Of a DNA stretch of 64,000 nt, positions 13,398 through 24,071 are shown piece by piece. The stretch covers positions 10,540,001 through 10,604,000 of the forward strand of contig CM060734.1 of the NCBI GenBank assembly GCA_030704615.1, read 5' to 3'. The notes under the pieces were generated by a model. That model had not been told where the DNA came from, did not search any database, and worked only from the letters and a program-made list of their open reading frames with translations. The stretch comes from Takakia lepidozioides. Lineage: Eukaryota > Plantae > Bryophyta. Positions within the stretch are counted from its first letter, which is position 1; every line of letters begins with the position of its first letter. The position numbers and the translations under genes were made by a program.

Positions 13398-16300
13398 CTA
13401 CCCATGTGTTGTATCCCGCTGCAAAAGAGTATCGACCTCGTTGAAACTCATAGTGGCCTGGTGAATGAAGTTGTCACGTTTGGGATCGCAAACCATCCTC
13501 CTCAAAAATATGAAATACAAATGTTTGCAGGGTATGAATTTACCTCTCTTGCCCAAACTGGTTGATAGCATATTCACAAAATCAGGACATGTGCAATTGG
13601 GGAAATTGGAAACCGTGATGTCGTAGGTCCTGTCATGAACAGCAGATGTGGAAGTGATGATTGTGAATACCCGACCATATCCTGGATCGGGTACTTCCGT
13701 GGTGCTTCCAACACGAGCTTGGAGCATTCTTGCGGACTCCACTTTGCCAAAGTGTTCAGCGGTTGGAGGGAAACGCCGAACGAGCTTTCCATCTCGTTTG
13801 GTTGGCCACAAGTCAGGATTTGCCGGGGGGACCCGGGAGGACGCAGGAGTAGTAGCACATGCATGGAGTTGGGGTTGTCTCGCAAGGGAAAAACCTGCCT
13901 CCTCCAGCATTTCAATCTCCTGAAAGCTGAGATGTGTTCCCACCTTCACGGGCCAAACGGTTGGAGGAGATGGCTTCATCACTACGGAAGGACGCACAGT
14001 TCCATGCACACATCTGGCACAATCATCTGCGCAGAACCAGAACTTGTGGTTCTTGGCTTCTGGTTGACCGTATGGACGCATCAAGCCCGTGAAAGTCGGA
14101 GCAGGAGTTCGGGCACCACCTCTGGATATAGATGAAGTGCACTTCTCGAAATTAGTTGCCCTGATCGCTGTACATTTCACACGAGACCCGACACTTGTGC
14201 GTTCTATGTGCCAAACGTGGTCGGGGCATGCGGACTCAAGCACATCAAGGGGGTTGTTTCTCTCCTGCACCATTTCAGTGGCACGGTTTGATGCTGGAGC
14301 TTGCCGTCGTGTTGGAGGTTCCTCCACAATGGAGGTTCCGGACACGGAGCTGTCATGCAGGGGAACACGAGGCTTCGAGAAGTTATCACGGTCTGCCCTG
14401 TGGGAATCTGAATCCGAACCAGGTGGAGTGTTCAATTTCCTCTTACAGGAGCCGAATCTCTCCTCCCCTTCAAGATGTGGAACTCTAGAAACAAGTGGCG
14501 TTCCCTGGGCATACATGCTCACCGCCCGTGCTATCTTGATTGGATCCCCAGATCTGTTTGCAGCACGCAACATCAACTCCGATTTGTCCGGACCCTTGCC
14601 ACCAACCCCACCTCGTAAGAAATCACGGTATCGGGTTTGTTGTTGCAAGGCACGTATCAAATCATCTGTTGTTGCCACATACAAATCCCGACCTCTTTTC
14701 CCAGACTGCTGCAACCATGCATTGTGCACAGTTTCTGCCAAATTGCAAGATGGCATGTCTGCCATTTCCTCAATGGACATGTTCTGCAAAGAGGATAACC
14801 ACACTTCAGAACAGTGCACAGGAAACAACATAAAGAAAGCAACAAAAATATGGAAAGCAAATGTATGAATAAAGCATGAAATAGAAGCCTCGTACCATTG
14901 TCATGGCTGCTCCCCACTGTCTATACCGGAAGTGCCAAAACGCCAGCCAATCTTCCAATGCTCTCATACTCTCAAGTGATGCAGCTCCAGAAGAGAACCA
15001 CCAGGCACGAATTGTCTGGAACAAAGTGTCCGCCTCCTTCATTGTTCTAGCATCTTTGTACTCTTTGCACAATTTACGGTGCTGAGTCTGCATCTCTGGT
15101 TTGATGTCCGACTTTGTATGTTTTTCCAGAGATTGTGTCCAATGGAATAGACATGTACGCTCTCTTCCTGGCATAGGCACTTTTGGGTCGCCCGATCCGA
15201 AGACAATACGAATAGCATTGAAATTTGCTTGAGCACTATCCGCCATGAAACCTGCGAAATTTGGAGATGGCAGCCCATGGCAGCCCATGACACGTATCAG
15301 GGAATTCCACATGAGCTTCTGGGATTCCGTATCCTCGGATTGCATGTCACAAACTGCAATTGTCATAACTCGTTGGTACACTGGATCGTAGACATGACAA
15401 GCCATTGTCGTCCAATCCTTCACTCGTTTCACATGATCAAACATAAGAAAACAGTTCTGCAAGTCCCCAGTCTTCTGCATCCGCTTCACGAGGCTAACCC
15501 CACTGCCCTCCCCAACAGTCGACATTTTGAAAAGAAAAACTTTGATGGCACCTTGACCTGGGAATACATTGTCCTGGATGTAATCGTACTTGCTCAGTCG
15601 TTTCAATTCCAAAATATTGTCTATGTAGCCTCTGATCCCAGAGCCCATTCTCAATGCATTGATCTGATGCCGAATGTTAGGTGAACTTAAAGTGGAGAAA
15701 TGATCCATGACCAGGTCCAATGCTGCACCCGTCAAGTTTAGTCCCCACAGAATCTCCTTCACTCAAAATATGGCTTTCCAAGAAGGACTTGCTTGCGCCA
15801 AGAGCAATTGCAGATGTTGTTGCGGATGGGTTTCTCCCGAACTCCTGTTTGATCAACCTCGATACTGTCTCAACACTCTCCCTGTAATCCCCCTTCGAGA
15901 CAGGATGGTTATGGAATCCAAAATGCACACAAGCTCTCGTCATTGTATTCAAACGGTGGACAACATAGTACATTCTTGCTCCGCAGAGCGCCAAGCAGGA
16001 TGGCACAAGTTTGCAGAATTTGCAGACGAAAGTGTTTGCCGGTGGAGGGGCAGTCCCAGGCTGAAATGGATTCTCCGCCAGACCCTCCCATTCGCTTTGA
16101 TTATGAACTCCAGACTGAAGAAAGTGTCTGCAATTCAAATTATCACACCTAAGGTGTCCATTGCAAACTGTCCTCCTGAAAACAAGCTTGTCATCATTCT
16201 GAATATTGGATGTTTTTGTTCTGCACCACGGGTGCCCGTCGTGTTTCTTGTCCATTCCATGCATCATGATTGTTACACCTCCAACTCGCGGAGGAGGAGG

Positions 16301-16908
16301 CAGCTCGAATAGGATATCGCCATCAAAAGTCTCCGGCAAGAACTTCACAGGCACCTGCTTCAAAGATTCCCAATCAATTCCCCGCAACTCACTTTTGAAT
16401 CCAGCCATTCCTCCCATCGCCCGCAATTTTGGAATGACACTACAAATCTCTTCTTCATCAGCTTCTGCAACCACAGTAGGAAGGACTGGATTTGGAATTT
16501 CACTTATGTCATCATCGGAAGAATCCGAAAGCTCAACGATTGGAGTGGAGGACGTCTGTTCTTTTTTCACCACCACCTCCCTCTTGTCTTCAACGACCGA
16601 AGCAGCAGTCCCGGGCGTCACATATGACCCAAGGGACTTTCGCCGAGGCTCTCCAAGTACTCTGTATCGACCAGGACGCACTCTCCACTGGCTGATATGA
16701 GCCGTCTCATCACGGTTTTGGAAAGAATATTTCACCAACTTCCCTTTCAATCGTAAACCTCTTTCTCCAAAAAGATGGAGCCATTCTGCAGCTGAAAACG
16801 GGTAGCCAAGACATGTTCCAGAACAATTGCAAATCCATTGTCAAGGACTTCCTGGGAGAACGGCACTGGTTTGTCGTCTGAGAAGAACTCCGCTTCAGAG
16901 GAAGCCAT
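13398..16908 (-). CDS. MULE-type DDE transposase (GCM-like Zn domain, DDE core, SWIM); intron 14784-14895; frameshifts near 16750 and 15730
   Basis: WCRTKTSN..CNGHLRC..C..C..C..GFHNHP; FDHVKRV; FMADSAQA; CLFH; NLAETVHNAW; CTCPDF..CKH; GT-AG intron in phase 0. Confidence 0.88.
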
Positions 16909-17762
16909 CTTCCTTCCTCGAGTATGTTTGTACCTTGCTATCGCAGATCTAGTGTAAATCGGTTTACTGCTGTCTCCAGAACACAGTTGAAGAATGAGCA
17001 GAGCATATGGCGGAGGAAGCTCAGATAACGACTGTGCATATTCTGTTATTCATTCCAGATATGCAGCCGTCCATTTTAATTACTTTTCTTGTGGGCCAGT
17101 GGTCAGAGAATCCATAGGGGCAGTGTCGGCAACTGTTAAACCGTTAATCAGAACCTCATCAATAAACCCAATAACAAAGCCGACTTCCTGGAAGCATGCC
17201 ACAGGATCCGAGAATGGGATTGCAGATTAAGTAAATGTATCTATATACTACTACCAATGATCATGCGCACCTGGAAAGTTCCAAATGTGCAACGAATGTG
17301 GGGTTTGGATAACAAGGATGACCGTGTATGATATTCCAAAATTTGTCATCAAACTCTCGTTCATTTATATTTATTTGTTTAAGACTGCGCATCAATTTCT
17401 GGGATTCGCTGTTCTTTTTAAATATTGAACCAGTTATAATTTAGAACACGCCGTTTTGTTTTGGGCGGCACACGTCAGACATCCATAACTGAATACGAAC
17501 AGCTGTACACCAATTGCTGGCATGTGCACTAATATCGAAACGACTATGTGTAACGGTCACGCGGGAGGGAATCCGATGCTTCTAGAGACACGCAAGAACA
17601 CAGGCAATCCCGCAAGAAATCGGGAGTCACTGCGTTTTTCTACTTTTCGCGCTTAGAGGGAGAGTGGTAGTCAAGCTGGAGAGGGTTCCTTCTAGAATAC
17701 GAAAGAGAAGAAAGTCTCTTTATTTTACTTCCCTTAGAGAGAGACGCAGAGCAAGAGAGAAA

Positions 17763-20700
17763 ATGACGAGGCGTCGTTTGTTGGAGAACACAGGGCCAAG
17801 GCAGCAGGTGAACGCGGAGACTGATTCACAAGAGCAGACGGAGACTGAGGCAGCGGCTGCGACACAGCCGGCGATAAGAGTGCGCCAGCCTGTGGAGGCA
17901 GAGATGAATCGCAGGGACACTGAAGAAGGTGGAAGCACGCGGAACGCCGAACCTGAAGAAGGTCAAGAAACCCTTGCGCAGACAGAAACTCCAGCAGATG
18001 TGAGAGGGAAGAGGAAAGCTGCAGAAGGGGATCAAAGTTCAAAACCTAAGAAGGTGCCAGTAAGTTTTATCATATAGTCTATGTGATTGCCTTTCAAGGA
18101 GTCCTTCCTCTTCCATTCTTTAGCAGGAACTACTGAATCGCGAGCGTCGTTAACGCCATTCGATTCTGCTCATGAGATTTATGTACCTATGTGTTTGAAG
18201 AGAGAGTCTGCACTTACTATTCTCCCTAAACTACACTGAATGTCGTTGCCGCCAATCAGTTGCACATATATGTCATTACACAACACCGATCCGGCAGGTT
18301 GTTATCTTTTGTGATTGTCGTTAACGCCGTTCGCTATCGCTCTCACTTTTGTTTTGAATACGGCAGTCTCGGCTTTGCATGTGTAGATTGTGCTGAATTC
18401 TTTCACACCATTCATGGTGAGTTTCCTTGATACAGAGTGATTGTCGTTACCGCCATTCACTATTTGCAAATCACTTAGTCAGAACTGAATGGCATCGTGC
18501 AGAAAACTGTGAGGTCGAAGCCTACAGGATCAGAGGGGAAAGGATCTGGAGATGGGGACGAGTCCGCAAAAAGCTCAGAGAATACAGATGAAGCAGATGA
18601 ATCCGAAGTGCACTACCTTGACAAGGTGAAAGAACTCATGTCATTCCAGAAGGTAAACTCTCAGGAGGTTATAAGGGACATGCTCGTATCTGGAGGGCGT
18701 CTGGACATACCTCTGTGCCGGATGATATCAATGCCTGTTGTGCGTCCACCTCTTTCCCATGACATAACAAAATTGGAGAGTGATTTTGTGCATGGATATA
18801 GACTTGGTGCACAAGTTTTTTATGTGTCACTGACGGATATAAATGGGAAAAGCACATTAGTTTCTCCAGAGATCAGTGATAACTGGGATGAGTGCTGGAA
18901 AGATGCCAATGAGGAGTTCGAGCTGGGCCTCATGATGGGAAAGAACACCCAGCAATTTGCAACCACATGTTCTACGTCTGGGACGGCAACCACCGATTGC
19001 TGGCATGGATGGGATACATTCAGAAACACCATTCGAAAGACAAAGACAAGCATGTTGCTGTGGAGGCAATGGTTTTGGATCCAGGAAACGACATCGCTAG
19101 GCTTCTTACAGCTATGCACGACGTGAACAAGTAAGTCATCCAGGAGATTTGATTCCCTCTGTAGTGTCTTGTTGATCCTCAAAAAACAGTGTTAAGGAAT
19201 GCAATGTTTTCAATGTTTTTGCAGATCGACAGAGAAATCGCATGTGACAACAAGCTTGGTTCACACACTATTCCGAATTCAGAGGATTGGTCTGATGAAG
19301 CTGGATGATTTTCGGACAGTACTACCACCCAATATCATCAAGAAGTGCGAAACAGGAAGAGCTGCAGGCACTTGGTATTCTTTGACACGAGAGGCGTTTC
19401 TGGAGTACATGTATGCGGTAAGCCCGAGTCTGTAATCTGTTTACTTTTCGAATACATGTTTAGAGTCCCTTCGGAGCTAATCACTACTTGAATGAATGCA
19501 GCAAGAACTGGCAGAGGCAGCTGAGAAGGGAAAATCCGAATATTACCGCACTACACCAGAGGAACTAAGGACATCAAAGGGTGTGGAAGCTGCAATAAAG
19601 AAGGAGTTTGAGATGCGAAGAACCAAATTGATGTCAGCCTTCGGAAAGCAGCTTAGAATAGTAGATCCTGGACTTGGTCCTGAGTTCCTTCAGCAGATCA
19701 AAACACACTATGACAAGCATGTGCATCCGGAGATGCAGCAGGAGAAATTGCACCGGCTGGCCATATCGATGGTCGACCCACAAACAAAAATAAGGTGGCT
19801 GGAGATATGGAACTCAGATCAAACAGTAAAGGACTTGAATCAGTTCCCAAAGAGCACCATACAGCCTGGCACAAAGGTGGAAGGAATCAGTGATTTGGTG
19901 TTTGATAACTGGCTCCACAAGGCTACATTTTGGAGTCAGGTGTGTATTCGAACATGCTGTTTCTTCTCTTCAAGTATGTGATGTGTTTCTTTTTTGCAAT
20001 TCTGACAAATATCTATTTGCAGCTCGAAAAGCGCGCCGTCATTGTGCTGGATCAGACTTTGAAGGACCTGAACATTGCGATTGTTTCCCCTCCCCAAATG
20101 TCATTGGAGGCATACATAAGGAAGTGGAGAGGTCTCACCTGGAGATACTGTTTTTTCCGGGAGTTCTCCAAAGATGGTAACATTTTACGGTCCAACGACT
20201 TTGACAGTCAGGTTGGAGGAGAGTGGGCCATGATGCGAGTTGTGTACAGGTGAAATGTCATACTTGAAACTCTACTGTTTTTTTGGGAAAAATTGTGGCT
20301 TCATATGGATTGCAATCTTAGATCCAGATTGAATGTCGTTGACGACATTCACTTCTTTGTCTGAGTCACCTGGTTAGGATCTAAGGGTGCAATTATATTG
20401 TCCCTGATTAGAATTGATAATGTCCTTGAATGGCGTTGACGACATTCACATACGGAGTTGTTGTGCGGTCCTCAAGGTTATTTAAATTTTTGTAATGTCC
20501 ATAGAGGATACAATGAGGGTTGATCACTTCATTTTGCTGAATGTCAATGCAGACATTCAGTTGTTCTGCATTTGTTTTTTCCTCTTGCGATGAATATGGA
20601 GGCTTCATAAGCTCTGTTTTAAGAAATCCAAAGTGAATGTCGTTAACGACATTCACAGCTGTGTCTGTATTATTAAAAAACGACAAATTCAATATTCATG

Positions 20701-23368
20701 GATTGGGGAGCTAAGTAATTGGTTTCTTTTTTGTATTTTTGTGAATGGCGTTGACGCCATTCACATACAGTGATGTTGTGAGGTCCTCAGTGATAGGTTC
20801 GTTATGAATGTGCATTGAGTTTTCCTGGATGGTTCCTTACTCAATTTTTTTATTTCCATCCTGTGATTTTGCTTCATTTCAGTAATAATTTGGCTTCATT
20901 CTTGAATGTCGTTGACGACATTCACTTCTATGTCTGTGTCATTTCTAATCGCTTATTTGCATTCACCTGGATTAGGATGTATTTACAGTGTCATGCAATG
21001 GAATGTTCTGAATGGCGTTGACGACATTCATATCTGGAGCAGTAGTGTGGTCCTGAAAGGTCCTTGGAGCAGTTGTCAGAGCCATTTCAATCCATGTTTT
21101 ATTCTTTCTGTTCTACTTGCATCTTACTCACTGAGCGCTTTTGTGGGTTGGGATTCATCTCCTTTTTTCAGGTACACGAAATATGTGCTTATGGAAGGAA
21201 ATCACCTGAGCGGAATTCCCGACTATCTTGACATGTGGTCGGACCCTGCAAACGATCCAACCATGTATACTGCAGGGATATTGAAGGACTGGAGTCCTTC
21301 TCACTTCAGAGACTGTGGGTGGTACCTTGACTGCCCACCTGAGCACACGACCTTTCAAGAACAGCATATGAAATACTTGAACAATAACGCTGAGATGCTG
21401 GCGCCTTTGACTGACGAAGAGTATCAACGAAACATAGCAACCTTGGCTGCCAAGGAGCCTGATGCTCAGGGAACGCCGCAGAAGGGAAAGAAGGCGGGCC
21501 GCAAACCAAAAGACAAAGTTGTTGATGTCATAGCCATCTCACCAGCAAAGCCAAAGGACAAAGACAAGTCCAAAGAGAAGGAAAAGGACAAGGGGAAGGA
21601 GAATGAAAAGGAGATGGAGAGTGGGCAGGACTTTACTGCTGGAAGATATACCCGCACTCTTCAGTGCGTGTTCGATGCCAAGCCACACCCTTCCCGTTCT
21701 GATTCAGCAGGAGAGATAAATTGTTAATGAGGGTTGGCTTTCGATGATGCAGAGTCGAAAGAGAGGATACACTGGGGTGCCATCCCCTACCTGGGACAAT
21801 ATAATCTCATTCCTCAATCTGGTGAGAATTCCATTTTCTTTCCTTTTTCTCTGAATGTTTCGTTGGCAGTATTTCAGTCTCGTTCTTTGAAAACATTCTT
21901 GCCATCGTTCTTATAAAAAACATGTCTGTTGCAGGTGAGCACAGGTCCCACTTTCGTGTGCGGTGTGCAGAAAACTTATGCGGCCGACATTGTCATTCTC
22001 GACATCCCGGATGGCCAGGCTGTGCCAGAAGTTCTTCCAAAGGGCAAGACGCCAGGGTGGAACAAATTTGAGGACAACTACTGGAGTTGGGTATTCGGGT
22101 TCTGTAACAATTTCCTCTCTGATGCAGGGACACTTCTGCTTTTTCAGTCATGTGACAATGATAGTCGTCGGGCATTGGCATCATACCTCAAGTCTTCAGG
22201 GTTTGAAGTTTTGCGCACATGGAATTGTGTGAACAGCCTCTACCTTGTGAAAGGGTTTCCCTGGTCAGCTGGTATGCCGTCGGCCTTCTGCTTATGCTTT
22301 GATCATGAGTTTCAATTTTCTCTGCAGCTCCACTCTAGTAGAATGTTTTATGATCGACACCGATCATCAACGATTCATGGTTTTTTGGTGTCAGAGTTCT
22401 GAATAGCCGATGTACACACTTCCACTTTAGATTGTGTTTACCACACTAACTGCTATATTTGCCAGACGAGGATGTTCGAGGCGATCTGCCTGCGGAGGAT
22501 TCGCACATCAAAGACACCATCCTCCATCCGCAGCTTTGAGATTTCTGACCAGGGTTGTTTCGTCAACCCCCCCTATGAGCCCCCATGTCGATGACATTTT
22601 GTACAACTTCATGCAGTCCAGTCAGACTCTGAAGAGACCAGATGGCACTCCCTGGAGAGGTGCAAAGGAAAAGTCACCAGCATTCATGCAAATACTGCTG
22701 GAGTCATGCAGCCACCGCTCTGCACGGGTGTCGATCTTTCTGTGTCCACAGGTTCGTTTCTCCCTTCCGAATTGGTTTCCTTTCAACAGTTTCATCTGCT
22801 TAAATCCCCTCCTCCAAACTGTTTATGTTCTCCTGTCTGGTGCAGGAGCAACTTACCACGCATGCAAGGCAGGCGGAAGAAGCTTTTTTGGTATGGAGGG
22901 TGATTCTGACCTCTACAACACAGTGCTCCTCCCCCTTTTGTCTGGCTCCACTTCAGGCACACAGACTGATCGGATTCATATTCGAAATGATGACGATCCC
23001 GAAGATAAGCAGGTCGACAACGACTTTTCATGTGAGTAAGTGCTAAACCCTCTTTGGGAGTCATACTCATTTCTCGATAACATCAAAGTTACAGTAATAA
23101 CTTTTCAGGCTGTCTTTCAGGAAAGCCAGCGGTGGATCTTCAGGAGATACAGTCATTTCTGGCGAGTCTGTTTTCGACAGCCCCCTTTCCAATTTTTCTG
23201 CTCCCTGTTTATGCCGAAGCAATGGCACTTCACGCGTCCGAGTCCCTATCCCCTGACTTTTTAGTGGCCAGCCGTAGGTGTATTCCGCGTGGATCCGGTG
23301 TTCTAAAATACTTAGACTTAGATGCAGAGGAAGAGGGGATACATTGTACTGACTCTGAGTCAGACTGA
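17763..23368 (+). CDS. Spliced cargo gene: ParB/Sulfiredoxin-like domain fused to a beta-class N6A/N4C DNA methyltransferase-like domain
   Basis: Predicted exons 17763-18059, 18503-19130, 19225-19417, 19502-19939, 20023-20249, 21172-21821, 21935-22271, 22466-22751, 22846-23035, 23121-23368. All introns are GT-AG and phase-compatible in the two-copy consensus. Motifs: VWDGNHRLLAW; DIVILDIPDG; KEKSPAFMQILLESCS..VVDLSVSTGATYHACKAGGRSFFGME. Confidence 0.8.
18141..18461. repeat. Four degenerate 22-bp palindromes in intron 1 of the cargo gene
   Basis: Variants of TGAWTGTCGTTRMCGCCATTCA at 18141, 18237, 18312 and 18438. Confidence 0.75.
20330..21030. repeat. Array of seven spaced 22-bp palindromes (TGAATGKCGTTRACGMCATTCA) in intron 5 of the cargo gene
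   Basis: Starts at 20330, 20427, 20538 (variant centre), 20634, 20742, 20903, 21009. 20633-20656 is a perfect 24-bp palindrome. Confidence 0.92.
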
Positions 23369-23499
23369 ACTGTATTCTTTTAATATTCATTTTCATATTA
23401 TCTGGAAACGTTGAATCCCCTTACTCTACCGTAGTTGTTCCTTTAGAACAAATAATAATCACAGAATCAACTTTCGTTTAAATTGCTATATGTATGAAT

Positions 23500-23850
23500 C
23501 CATCTCAAACCTTCCTGACTCTTCTCATATCCATTGTGCATTCATCTACATTGTATTCATGCGTGCTCCATTCATGAAAGCTTCCTTTGTACAACATCCA
23601 TTGTACATTCATCCTCTGTACTCTTTAATCCACCCCACAAACCTTCCACACTCATTTCATATACTTGTGCATTCGTCAAAAGATTTGGTCATGCATCTTC
23701 CTGTCATGAATTTTTGTCATTGCTCAACATCCATTATACATTCATCCATTTTTACTCTTATCCATCCGTCATTCATCCATCTACATAGATTTTTCAAACT
23801 CATCCATCTGTTTATCATCCAACTGTACATTCATCCATCTTTATTCAATG
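23500..23850. repeat. CATC/CATT-rich low-complexity tract inside MULE-A (also ~43720-44070)
   Basis: Recurrent TTCATCCAT-like units. Confidence 0.6.
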
Positions 23851-24071
23851 CCTTTTATTATGTCGTCCAGCTTGTTTCCGCGGTAAAGGGTGCCAATCCG
23901 CGGGAATACACCCTCCACTTCTTCTGGGTGCGTGGTGACTCGGCCTCCACGTGTGTTGACGTGGACTGAGACCCGTGACGTGGCATTTGCGCAAGGTGAC
24001 GTGGCGTGAGCGCAGTCGCGCTCACGCACTCACGTGACCAGGCTCACGCCGAGGCATCCCTGCATGCCGGC

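Larger units (their letters stand above)
12748..24062 (-). mobile_element. Mutator-like DNA transposon MULE-A copy 1 (11.3 kb, two divergent genes)
   Basis: Perfect 9-bp TSD CATGCCGGC (12739-12747, 24063-24071). Imperfect TIRs CAACGACGCAATGGCGTGAGC / CAGGGATGCCTCGGCGTGAGC. A second copy has the same ends. Confidence 0.93.

Noticed and set aside
14089-16700. Long plus-strand ORFs (259, 201, 164 aa) and their copies at 34105-36725
   Set aside because: Antisense shadows of the transposase.
20330-21030. CRISPR array (palindromic repeats with spacers)
   Set aside because: Spacers are 75-140 bp, variable and partly homologous to each other. The array lies in a spliceosomal intron and there are no cas genes.
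22560-22580. NPPY as the catalytic motif IV
   Set aside because: It lies in the variable region. The strand-plus-motif context (DIVILDIP) fits 22001 better. Kept only as a caveat.
17763-23368. Bacterial or phage contamination explaining the ParB-MTase
   Set aside because: The gene has multiple GT-AG introns and sits inside TSD-flanked elements nested in plant retrotransposons.
23490-23969. His/Ile-rich 159-aa ORF
   Set aside because: Translation of the CATC low-complexity tract; frame not conserved in copy 2.
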